Positions 1 through 8,496 are shown, counted from the stretch's first letter. The stretch is 60,512 nt of DNA from an uncultured Candidatus Berkelbacteria bacterium (GCA_903839975.1 CAIMEH010000027.1:1-60512), one strand, 5' to 3'. The notes: generated by a model from the sequence alone, not told the origin. Made by a program: numbers and translations.

Positions 1-74
1 AGAAGGTCCCAAGGGTTTGGCTGTTCGCCAATTAAAAGGGTACGCGAGCTGGGTTCAGAACGTCGCGAGACAGT
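1..74 (+). rRNA. rrl: 23S rRNA, exon upstream of intron (domain V, truncated by window start)
   Basis: Matches conserved 23S PTC sequence GGTCCCAAGGGT...GAGCTGGGTTCAGAACGTCGCGAGACAGT, ending at the base equivalent to E. coli U2604. Confidence 0.97.
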
Positions 75-917
75 AGAATGTGCTGTCTAACGCAGCTAGT
101 TTTAGAACTAGTTGCTCTAACTGCTTGAACAACAGTTAGCTAAATTTGGCTAAATGCTGGAAACTCTGAGTATCTTGTACTACTTGTGTTACGATGGTCC
201 TAATGACCATCTTTCGCAGTGAAAATGTACCAAGTGCAGACAATCAGCAGGAAAGGCCTCAAGGCATTAATCCATGGTATATTTCGGGATTTGTTGACGG
301 CGAAGGAACGTTTCACGTTTCTTTTGCCAGACGCACAGATCTGCCCAAAAAGTGGGCAATAATTCCGGAATTCCACGTATCGCAAGACTTTGCTCGGTCG
401 TCTGTGCTCGAAGAGATTAAAACTTCCTTTGATTGCGGGCAGATTAAGCAAAATCACCGCGGTAAATCTAACGATTCAACCTACGTTTTCGTAGTGCGAA
501 ATCGCCAAGATCTGATAAATAAAATAATTCCATTTTTCGACCGATATCCGATGCGCTCATCAAAGCAGAAAGACTTTTTAGTCTTTGCCCAGATTGTGGC
601 GCTGATGGAGAATGGTTATCACCGCTCGGAAAAGGGCTTCAGGGAAATTACCTGGAAAGCTTTTCAAATGAACGGTGGTGGCAAGTATCGTAAACGAAAG
701 ATGGCGGAAATTCTTGAGGAATCCTCAGAGACTATATGCCAGAATGTGCAGGATTAAAACACGCACATAAGATATAGTCCGGACTGCATGGCGACATGCA
801 GACCCCACAGAAATGTTGGGGCGCCACGAAACTAATTTTGTGGTTTTCTCGGCCGTTGCCGAGACGAAAGGTTACAATCACGTAGCAGTGATCATGTGCC
901 TGGTAAGTAACAGATCG
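75..917 (+). mobile_element. Group I intron in 23S rRNA (insertion equivalent to E. coli 2604/2605)
   Basis: Removal restores GAGACAGT|TCGGTCC. P1: AGACAGT pairs with GCTGTCT (82-88) with U.G at the splice site. Core motifs P (AATGCTGGAAA 153-163), Q (AATCAGCAGG 242-251), R (TCAGAGACTATA 725-736), S (AAGATATAGTCC 769-780). Terminal G917. Confidence 0.93.
194..757 (+). CDS. Intron-encoded single-motif LAGLIDADG homing endonuclease
   Basis: WYISGFVDGEGTF motif, FHVSQ, IIPFFDRYPMRSSKQKDF typical of single-motif LAGLIDADG enzymes; inside the intron. Confidence 0.92.
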   Translation: MVLMTIFRSENVPSADNQQERPQGINPWYISGFVDGEGTFHVSFARRTDLPKKWAIIPEFHVSQDFARSSVLEEIKTSFDCGQIKQNHRGKSNDSTYVFVVRNRQDLINKIIPFFDRYPMRSSKQKDFLVFAQIVALMENGYHRSEKGFREITWKAFQMNGGGKYRKRKMAEILEESSETICQNVQD

Positions 918-1198
<281 letters not shown>

Positions 1199-1330
1199 CT
1201 CTTTTTTGCCAACCTACGTGTTCGCACGTAGATTTCTAGGCAGAAAAGAGAAGACAAAAAATGCTGAGGAAGAGATATCTTCAACTGCGGCTTGGAACAA
1301 CAAAATTTACTTAGAGATAAGAGGTGAATC

Positions 1331-1621
1331 ATGCCACTATTCGTCGTCGTTAGTAACCAGAATTCAAATCTTGTTACGAATCCGAACTCGTTAACCAAAG
1401 ACGACCTTGCTTCGTCTGTTTACGTCGCTGATACGCCAGATGATGCGTATCGACAGTATATAGAATCTATGGGATTTCGACACCGTACCGGGTCGCCTGA
1501 GTATGAAAGCCAGAGGATTTGGATTGAAGTTTATGAATTCGTTTCTAGGCTCTCACTTTCTCGAGTTGGTACGCCTGCCGAACTCTATGAGGCCAGCGTC
1601 CCCGACAAGTCTCCCGCATGA
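1331..1621 (+). CDS. Hypothetical protein in 23S-5S spacer
   Basis: 96-aa ORF with GAGGTG Shine-Dalgarno 5 nt upstream of ATG. Confidence 0.6.
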   Translation: MPLFVVVSNQNSNLVTNPNSLTKDDLASSVYVADTPDDAYRQYIESMGFRHRTGSPEYESQRIWIEVYEFVSRLSLSRVGTPAELYEASVPDKSPA

Positions 1622-1688
1622 ACTATTGGCCGTTTGTGAGAGAAACGGCCCTTCATCTCTGAGTAAATTTATATTTTGTGTTTTGTGC

Positions 1689-2001
1689 GTTGGTGCTTTA
1701 TGCGAGCATCGATGCAATTTGCAGTTTTAATGTTGGTGTCTTATGCGAAATGGGTACACCTCTTCCCATACCGAACAGAGCAGTTAAGCGTTTCAGCACC
1801 TAGGATACTCGAGGCTAACAGCCTCCGGGAAAGCGGGCCGACGCCAACATTAAGTCTACAAATGCACACCTCTTCACATCGCGACGTAACGCAGTGTAGG
1901 AGCGAACGACCGAAGGAAGATACCGAACAGAGCAGTTAAGCGTCTCAGCACCTAGGATACTCGAGGCTAACAGCCTCCGGGAAAGCGGGCCGGCGCCAAC
2001 A
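1689..2001 (+). pseudogene. Outer, interrupted 5S rRNA copy (5' piece 1689-1706; 3' piece 1866-2001 with 44-nt insert 1876-1919) enclosing the intact 5S
   Basis: GTTGGTGCTTTATGCGAG matches the 5S 5' end; 1866-1875 plus 1920-2001 are near-identical to the 5S 3' part; differences from the inner copy are compensatory between the two outer pieces. Confidence 0.85.
1731..1849 (+). rRNA. rrf: 5S rRNA (intact inner copy)
   Basis: 119 nt; helix I TGTTGGTGTC/GACGCCAACA; conserved CCCATACCGAAC and AGTTAAG. Confidence 0.93.
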
Positions 2002-2015
2002 CTTAGAACACAAAG

Positions 2016-2046
2016 AAAAAGTCCCATTAACTTGGGGCTTTTTTTG
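2016..2046 (+). terminator. Intrinsic terminator of rRNA operon
   Basis: AAAGTCCCA-loop-TGGGGCTTT followed by T run. Confidence 0.75.
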
Positions 2047-2072
2047 TTGGCGCAAAAAGCTAATATAAGTGT

Positions 2073-2279
2073 ATGGGAAAACGAACACGAGTTATTACGG
2101 CCACCATCGTTGGAATTATTGGTATCGTTACAGTTGCTTTACCGGCTATAGGTGGCAATAGCCTTAACGCCGCCGGCTTACAAGGAACAGGTTTCGACAT
2201 CTCGAAATATCTTGTCTGGGGCGGAATTGCCATCCTAGTTTTTAGCGCCTTACTATTTGTTTCGGCCTCTTCAGATTAA
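2073..2279 (+). CDS. Small two-TM membrane protein
   Basis: 68 aa with two hydrophobic segments. Confidence 0.65.
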   Translation: MGKRTRVITATIVGIIGIVTVALPAIGGNSLNAAGLQGTGFDISKYLVWGGIAILVFSALLFVSASSD

Positions 2280-2854
2280 CGGCTGCTGCCACCTTTAATT
2301 GTGTAGTTTAGCACTAGGCCTGCGTCTATTTCTGCCGGTGTACCAAGGCTAACAGGTATTCTGTCAGGATCTTTTTTATTCTCCAGGGCGGCCATTAGTA
2401 TATAATTGCTATTAGTATTCTCGGCGTAAACGTATCTATTTATTTGTGGTGTGTTAGTTAAATCAGTATCAGTGCAGGCAGATTTTGTAAAATCTTTACT
2501 CTGCTTGGGGTCATCAGGAATTGTGCTCATGTAGTTAGGAGAGAATGTTGGATTGGATGATGGATGTTGACAAGCAAGGAGGCTATTACTACTCAATTGC
2601 CAAGCGGCGTCGAAGACTACTTTGGTGCTTCCGGGAGTAGTGGCGAAAGGAGTGGGGTCGAAGGCCGGGTACGATCTTTGGTCGGCGTAGTATTGACCTA
2701 GAACTGTTTGTATATGTTGCAAGTCAGTTTTGCGGGTGTTATCGCGCGATCTGGCCGAAACAGATGCCCAAGTGAAACTACCAAGGGCGATTAATATTCC
2801 CATAATCGAGATTACTATCAACAGCTCAATTAGTGTGTAAGCCCTTGTCTTCAT
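2276..2854 (-). CDS. Type IV prepilin-like protein (orphan)
   Basis: Class III signal KTRA|YTLIELLIVISIMGIL, RDNTRKTDL helix, IPDDP motif. Confidence 0.88.
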   Translation of the reverse strand: MKTRAYTLIELLIVISIMGILIALGSFTWASVSARSRDNTRKTDLQHIQTVLGQYYADQRSYPAFDPTPFATTPGSTKVVFDAAWQLSSNSLLACQHPSSNPTFSPNYMSTIPDDPKQSKDFTKSACTDTDLTNTPQINRYVYAENTNSNYILMAALENKKDPDRIPVSLGTPAEIDAGLVLNYTIKGGSSR

Positions 2855-2918
2855 ACATCCACATTAACAGTCTCTTGGGCTGGAAGGAATACTATATAAG
2901 TGATTTACTGTTGGTGCG

Positions 2919-3731
2919 ATGCAAAAAACTCTAGCTTTGATTCTAAAAAAACAGAATTTGGGCGAAACCGACCGAATTATGACTATATTCTCGCCGACTC
3001 TCGGAAAAAAAAGAGTAATTGCTAGGGCAGCCAGAAAACCGCTTTCAAAATTGGCTGGCCACTTAGATACCTTTATGGTTTCGCAGATTATGCTAACCGA
3101 CCACGAAGACCTACCAAAAATTACCAGCGCCGTGTTGGTGGAATCGTTTGAAAATATCCGTGGCACATATTCGAATTTAGAGAAAGCTTTTGCAATATCG
3201 AAAATTATTGAACGGGTAATTATCGAAGACGTATCGCAGCAAACAATTTTTCAGATTTCGGTTGATGCACTTGCTAGGCTAAACGACGAAGAGCCGTGGC
3301 ACAATGTTTGGTTGGCGTTCTTGTCGACGCTTACCAGAAATCTTGGCTTAACAACTTCTAATTTTGAGTGCTTGAAATGCCACGAAAAATTGGCCGGCAA
3401 AGGCTATTGGTTAGTAGACGATAGGGGATTTCATTGTCAAAATTGCGGTGCGCCCAGAGCCGACTATGTAACACTGCAGGAAAATTCTATGAAGATGCTG
3501 TATCTAATGCAGAAAAAAAATTATATGATTCAAGGCCAATCAAATAAAAATAATGGCCTTGAAAGTCGACCATATGCGAACTTTCTCAATAACAGCTATG
3601 GCCAATGGTCGGCTATCCGCCAGGTAAATATTCCAGAGAGTGTTGCCAAAGAAGTTGAAGAGGTGTTTTTGCGTGAAATAACAGAGTGGTTTAACAAGCC
3701 GTGGATTGCTTATTCGGGCGTTGAGCGATGA
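2919..3731 (+). CDS. recO: DNA repair protein RecO
   Basis: GETDRIMTIFS...G N-terminus, ARKPLSKLAGHL, CxxC...CxxC zinc finger. Confidence 0.9.
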   Translation: MQKTLALILKKQNLGETDRIMTIFSPTLGKKRVIARAARKPLSKLAGHLDTFMVSQIMLTDHEDLPKITSAVLVESFENIRGTYSNLEKAFAISKIIERVIIEDVSQQTIFQISVDALARLNDEEPWHNVWLAFLSTLTRNLGLTTSNFECLKCHEKLAGKGYWLVDDRGFHCQNCGAPRADYVTLQENSMKMLYLMQKKNYMIQGQSNKNNGLESRPYANFLNNSYGQWSAIRQVNIPESVAKEVEEVFLREITEWFNKPWIAYSGVER

Positions 3732-4819
3732 GAGCCTGGGCAGAGATTGATCGAGCAGTTTTAGTAAGAAATGTTGGCTTCATAAAAAAGGAGGTTGGCT
3801 CAACCGTTGATATTATGGCAATCGTCGGTTCAGATGCTTACGGTCACGGAATTAATGAAGTTGTTAAGGTGATTGATGGTGGGGCTATAGATTCTTATGG
3901 CGTAATTTCGATGAAGGAGGCTTATGCCGTTCGCGAAATTAGTAGTAAGCCAATTTTGGTTATGGGCTATTTAGATACCAAGGAGATAATCGATGCAATT
4001 GAAGAGGATTTTATTGTCAGTTTGTACGACAAAGACCTATTTGCTCAATACGAACGATTTGCTGCCAGGCTGGGTAAGAAACTTCGAATTCAGTTAAAAG
4101 TTGAAACTGGCTTTAATCGGCTGGGAATCAGCGTTGAAGAGACGGTTAATTATTTGAATACGGTACATCTTTTTCCACATTTGAAATTAGAAGGAGTCTA
4201 CTCTCATTTAATAAAATCGGCTGATAAAAATATGCCCAAAGAACAGCTCCAGAAACTTCAAAGTATTTTAGTTGAAGTTGGTGATAAAGTTCCCGATGTG
4301 CCAATTCATCTAGCCAGCAGCAACTCGCTTGGAAAAAATAAAGAGAGTTATTTAGATATGGTTCGGGTTGGCCAGGCAATCTATGGTTTAGATGAGGTTT
4401 TACCAGGTATTGAACAGGCAATGACCTGTAAGTCGGTAGTGGCTCAAGTTAAGCAAATTTCAAAAGGTGAAGGTGTTAGTTACGGACACTTATATATTGC
4501 GCCCAAAGATATGCAAGTTGCCATTATTTCCATCGGCTACGCTGATGGTTTGTCGCAATCGTTTTTCGAAAAAATAGAGGTCTTAATTCAAGGCAAAAAA
4601 GTGCCGATTGTTGGCCAAATCTGTATGAATAATATTATCGCTGACGTAACTGGTATAGAGGTACATCGAAGCGAAGAAGTGGTAATTACTGGTTCGCAGA
4701 AAGATAAAAGTGGTCAAGTCGCCAATATAAGATTAGCAGACTTGTCGAAGGCATGTGGAATTAGCACTTACGAGATTGCTTCTCATTTTGGTTCTTGTTT
4801 GCCAAAAATTTACAACTAG
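3728..4819 (+). CDS. alr: Alanine racemase homologue (PLP-binding Lys apparently absent)
   Basis: AWAEID, AYGHG, KVETGFNRLG, VSYG, IGYADG motifs; canonical VVKANAYGHG reads IVGSDAYGHG. Confidence 0.85.
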   Translation: MRAWAEIDRAVLVRNVGFIKKEVGSTVDIMAIVGSDAYGHGINEVVKVIDGGAIDSYGVISMKEAYAVREISSKPILVMGYLDTKEIIDAIEEDFIVSLYDKDLFAQYERFAARLGKKLRIQLKVETGFNRLGISVEETVNYLNTVHLFPHLKLEGVYSHLIKSADKNMPKEQLQKLQSILVEVGDKVPDVPIHLASSNSLGKNKESYLDMVRVGQAIYGLDEVLPGIEQAMTCKSVVAQVKQISKGEGVSYGHLYIAPKDMQVAIISIGYADGLSQSFFEKIEVLIQGKKVPIVGQICMNNIIADVTGIEVHRSEEVVITGSQKDKSGQVANIRLADLSKACGISTYEIASHFGSCLPKIYN

Positions 4820-4833
4820 GTCATTATTAAATT

Positions 4834-5796
4834 ATGGACGAGGGGAACCAAACAACTACACCTGTAAGCACAAATAATAACGCTTTGCCAAACGCAAACC
4901 AGCCGTTGGAAACACCGTCTGCTTTAGTTGTACCAATAACATCGGCTCCAGATCCAGCAGTGCTAGACTCATCGCCGTTGTCGATGCCACCAACCTTAGA
5001 TGTACCAGTAACAACTCCAACTCCAGCAGCTCAGGCACCAGCAGTTCCGGCGACGCCAGCCGTTGTAAACCCCCTTGCAGAACCTACTTTGGTTATTCCA
5101 GAGAGCGATGTTAAGCAAGCCACTAAAGATGAAGTCTCACCAATTGAGCAAGTAGACCAAACCAAACTGTCGGAAGAAGTGGAAGTGCTTAATGGTGAGG
5201 TTAAGGCCTTAGAAGATCGAATCGACAAGATGGTCAACTCCGATAAGCCAGTTAATACCGGCGCTGACATTTTTGAAGATAAACCAGCCGAAGATTCTTC
5301 AATTGCGCCAAAAGTTCCTGAGCCAGAGAAGAAAAAAGACGCAGGTTCTAGTGTACCAATTAAAACAAGCTCGAATATGCCCTTAAACGATATCTACCCA
5401 AAACGTAACGAAGCGGCAATTCCAAATTCCACCGCCGACGTTAAAGCTGAAGTCGCCGAAGATCACGAAGAATCCGTTATTGGCATGATCGGTGAAGTTG
5501 TTGGTACTATCGGCATATTCCTGTTTATAATGTTGGCATTATCGCCGGTCTATAAAAGCGTTTTCTCCAGTTCTTCCTGGGATGCAGTTAAATTAATTGG
5601 TTGGTTAACTGCACTTGCCAGCTTATTCATTGGCTTTATTCTATCGCTTTTCAGCCGTGGCAAATGGGCGACGAAAATTTTGCTGCTTATTTTTATGCTT
5701 CTGGCTTTGGTAATGTTCTTGGGCATTAACGGCAGCGATAGTCTTAAAACTACCATCGACGGTCTCACCGGTGGATACCTTTCTTACTTACGTTAA
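4834..5796 (+). CDS. Hypothetical membrane protein (Pro/Thr-rich N-terminus, short coiled coil, 3 C-terminal TM helices)
   Basis: Composition and hydrophobicity of translation. Confidence 0.75.
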   Translation: MDEGNQTTTPVSTNNNALPNANQPLETPSALVVPITSAPDPAVLDSSPLSMPPTLDVPVTTPTPAAQAPAVPATPAVVNPLAEPTLVIPESDVKQATKDEVSPIEQVDQTKLSEEVEVLNGEVKALEDRIDKMVNSDKPVNTGADIFEDKPAEDSSIAPKVPEPEKKKDAGSSVPIKTSSNMPLNDIYPKRNEAAIPNSTADVKAEVAEDHEESVIGMIGEVVGTIGIFLFIMLALSPVYKSVFSSSSWDAVKLIGWLTALASLFIGFILSLFSRGKWATKILLLIFMLLALVMFLGINGSDSLKTTIDGLTGGYLSYLR

Positions 5797-5837
5797 TCTT
5801 TCTAGAGTTTAAGCTGTTTTTCGGGTAACATATTCTT

Positions 5838-7151
5838 ATGGTTGATCAGAAGGATTTAAAGGCAAATCTAGATTTCGAAAAATTTGTCTCGTGGGCTAAA
5901 CGTCGAGGTGTTATCTGGCCGTCTTCTGATATCTACGGCGGCCTAAGTAACTCTTACGACTACGGTCCAGTTGGTGTGGAGATGAAAAATCGCCTCAAAC
6001 AGGTTTGGTGGCGCTCGATGGTCCATGAGCGCGACGACATTGTTGGTTTAGATTCGGCAATTATTCTTAATCCCAAGGTTTGGGAGGCTTCCGGCCATAC
6101 CGGCGAGGGCTTTACCGATCCGATGGTGGAAGATTTAGTTACTCACAAACGTTATCGCCAGGATCAACTCACTGACCCAACTAAAAGTCCTGACGGCAAT
6201 CCGCTCTCGGAGGCTAAAAATTTCAATATATTAATGAAGACCTTTATCGGTCCGGTAGAAGATACTGCCGCCACCGCTTACCTGCGCGGCGAAACCGCCC
6301 AAGGTATTTTTATTAACTTTAAGCAGATCGTAGAGGTTTCGCGACAGAAAGTTCCGTTTGGAATTGCTCAGATCGGTAAATCTTTCCGCAACGAGATCAC
6401 TCCTGGTAATTTCACTTTCCGGACTCGTGAGTTCGAACAGATGGAGCTGGAGTTCTTTGTCAAAAAAGAAGAGGCAGAGGAGTGGTATCAGAAATGGATC
6501 GAGGCACGTTTCCAGTGGTATCTAGACCTGGGCATCAATAAAGACAATCTACGTCTCTACAAGCATCCTAAGGCCAAGCTGGCTCATTACTCAAAGGGTA
6601 CGACCGATATCGAATACAAATTCCCGTGGGGTTGGGGTGAGCTGGAGGGTATCGCCAACCGCTCCGACTGGGATCTAACTCAACATCAAAAACATTCCGG
6701 CAAGGACATGTCTATTTTCGACGAGGAAACCAAAGAACGATTTATTCCTTGGGTTATCGAGCCATCCGGTGGTGTCGACCGAGCCTTGCTGGCGATATTA
6801 ATCGATGCTTGGCAATGTTTCGAGAAAGGTCGCAAAGAAGAAGGTGAAGAAGAAACGATACTGTCGATAACGCCCAAATTGGCTGCCTTTGATGCCGCCG
6901 TACTACCTCTAATTAAAAAAGAACCACTTATAGAAAAAGCCAGAGAGCTAGTTAAGAAACTACGTGCTGAAGGTAAAAATATTTTCTACGATGAATCCGG
7001 CTCGATTGGTCGCCGCTACCGCCGCCAAGACGAGATAGGTACCCCAGTTTGCTATACGGTAGATTTTCAATCAGTAGAAGATGGTTCCGACAAGGGCACA
7101 GTTACTGCTCGTGACCGAGATACTATGGAACAAAAGCGCGTAACGCTCTAG
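5838..7151 (+). CDS. glyQS: Glycine--tRNA ligase (alpha2 type)
   Basis: YDYGPVG, LRGETAQGIF, FRNEITP, FRTREFEQME, SIGRRYRRQDEIGTP. Confidence 0.96.
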   Translation: MVDQKDLKANLDFEKFVSWAKRRGVIWPSSDIYGGLSNSYDYGPVGVEMKNRLKQVWWRSMVHERDDIVGLDSAIILNPKVWEASGHTGEGFTDPMVEDLVTHKRYRQDQLTDPTKSPDGNPLSEAKNFNILMKTFIGPVEDTAATAYLRGETAQGIFINFKQIVEVSRQKVPFGIAQIGKSFRNEITPGNFTFRTREFEQMELEFFVKKEEAEEWYQKWIEARFQWYLDLGINKDNLRLYKHPKAKLAHYSKGTTDIEYKFPWGWGELEGIANRSDWDLTQHQKHSGKDMSIFDEETKERFIPWVIEPSGGVDRALLAILIDAWQCFEKGRKEEGEEETILSITPKLAAFDAAVLPLIKKEPLIEKARELVKKLRAEGKNIFYDESGSIGRRYRRQDEIGTPVCYTVDFQSVEDGSDKGTVTARDRDTMEQKRVTL

Positions 7152-7157
7152 TTTATC

Positions 7158-7326
7158 TCGTTGTAATTACTTCCGGTTTCGCTATGAGAAGCGAGCTGGC
7201 GCAGCTTCGAACGGAAGGCGCAAGAAAAGTTATGATATTTTAAACTTTTTGCTGCGCCGAGCGCCTTATAATGCCAACAGGTTAAAAACCTGATTTTTCG
7301 TTGTATTGATAATAAATTTCATTGTA
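7158..7326. repeat. Repeat family C copy 1 (TCGTTGTA pairs around CAGGTTAAAAACCTG), interrupted by family B element
   Basis: Direct repeat of 7930-8022; AACAGGTTAAAAACCTGATTTTT(T)CGTTGTA shared. Confidence 0.75.
7184..7263 (+). repeat. Repeat family B copy 1 (hairpin mini-element)
   Basis: TTCGAACGGAAGGCGC...GCGCCGAGCG also at 34456-34536 (-) and 49761-49821 (+). Confidence 0.85.
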
Positions 7327-7353
7327 AACACTTTTTACCCGTTCCACGGGCAG

Positions 7354-7503
7354 TTTTTTGCAAAGGGTAGGGCTTCAGAGTCTTGAAGGCCAGCCCTTCC
7401 CTCTGCACTCCCACCTGGCCGTCGCCGCCACAGGCGTAAAGAGAAAATCCTGGCAAAATTTCCAACATTGAACTGTCGGCCAGTAGAAATTTTTTGGATT
7501 TTC
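7354..7503 (-). repeat. Repeat family A copy 1 (~150-bp structured element)
   Basis: Reverse complement of core GGCCG(T/A)CAGTTCAATGTTGGAAATTTTGCCAGGATTTTC found at 8337 and 45313. Confidence 0.9.
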
Positions 7504-7585
7504 AATTCTATAAAGCCAAACTCTTGAAATCTGCAGAGAGAGAGTTAGATGGGGTTAATCACGAGTATTAGTTAAGGAGGCTTAA

Positions 7586-7870
7586 ATGGGAGTTGAACAA
7601 GGTGGTCCATCGATGGAAGACATGGGGCTGGATAAAGAAGCTAAGGAAATAAATCCAAAGCCCGTTGAGCTTACGCAAGATCAGAGAGACTTGCTGCTGC
7701 GCGGCGCTGAAGATCCTGATGTACAAAAATTGATCGAAGAGAAAGGGATAGCTGTTGGGGAGGGTAACCAGTTAGTTTCAGTTGACGGCAAAGAGTTCTC
7801 GATCAATACCAGCCCGGAGGATTTTGGCGTAAGGGTCGTTGAAGAAGCAAAAAATCCCAACATTCAGTAA
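7586..7870 (+). CDS. Small acidic hypothetical protein
   Basis: 94 aa, TAAGGAGG SD, own terminator. Confidence 0.8.
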   Translation: MGVEQGGPSMEDMGLDKEAKEINPKPVELTQDQRDLLLRGAEDPDVQKLIEEKGIAVGEGNQLVSVDGKEFSINTSPEDFGVRVVEEAKNPNIQ

Positions 7871-7891
7871 TATAGGTTGTTGGTAATACTA

Positions 7892-7920
7892 GACCGGCCA
7901 TCTTTTTGGCCGGTTTTTTT
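7892..7920 (+). terminator. Intrinsic terminator
   Basis: ACCGGCCA-loop-TGGCCGGT plus T run. Confidence 0.85.
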
Positions 7921-7929
7921 GTTTGCGAC

Positions 7930-8022
7930 TCGTTGTAATCATTACGGACTTCGTTGTATTGACTTGATTTAACAGGTTAAAAACCTGATTTTTTCGTTGT
8001 ACTCACTTTCACTTTCGATGTA
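7930..8022. repeat. Repeat family C copy 2 (uninterrupted)
   Basis: TCG(T/A)TGTA at 7930, 7951, 7994, 8015 flanking CAGGTTAAAAACCTG. Confidence 0.75.
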
Positions 8023-8042
8023 ACGGCTTTTTTGGGATATGG

Positions 8043-8275
8043 AAAGGGCCCGGTCGATACTTCGACTCGGGCCCAAAAGGGGGATTTCGCACAGGATCAT
8101 CGCCTGTCGGTCACTTACATATAAATGAGGTCTTTCCGGGTTAGTGAAGTAACAAGTTTCCCGGCCTCTTAAAGAAGATTTCGCATAGGAATCTTTCCTA
8201 TCGGCTGTTTACCCAAATAATAGGATGCTCCCAGGGATTTGAAACAGCAAGTAACCCCAGGTCCTTTAAACTAAC
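8043..8275 (-). ncRNA. Candidate structured ncRNA with two 28-nt repeated modules
   Basis: Minus-strand promoter TTGACA-17-GATAAT (8310-8282), no ORF, several stems, GC-rich 3' hairpin 8046-8074. Confidence 0.5.
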
Positions 8276-8336
8276 AAAAGAATTATCGCATATTTAATGC
8301 TGTTTGTCAATGGTCTAAGCCTGGTTTTTACCAACC

Positions 8337-8496
8337 GAAAATCCCAGAAATTTCCGTTGGCCGTCAGTTCAATGTTGGAAATTTTGCCAGGATTTTCACC
8401 ACGCCCCTGCGGGAAGCGTGCAGGGTAGGGAGTGTGAGGGTGTAGGGGCTGCCTCGCAATTAAGCCCCTCACCCTCACAAAAAGGGTGCTTGCACA
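8337..8496 (+). repeat. Repeat family A copy 2
   Basis: ~40-bp core identical to 45313 copy; shared AAAGGGTGCTTGCACA end. Confidence 0.9.

Noticed and set aside
1676-2027. ORFs 1676-1939 (+) and 1815-2027 (-)
   Set aside because: Lie over the nested 5S rRNA copies
8266-8478. ORF 8266-8478 (-), and likewise 45286-45495 (+)
   Set aside because: Both fall on repeat family A in opposite orientations; no conserved reading frame
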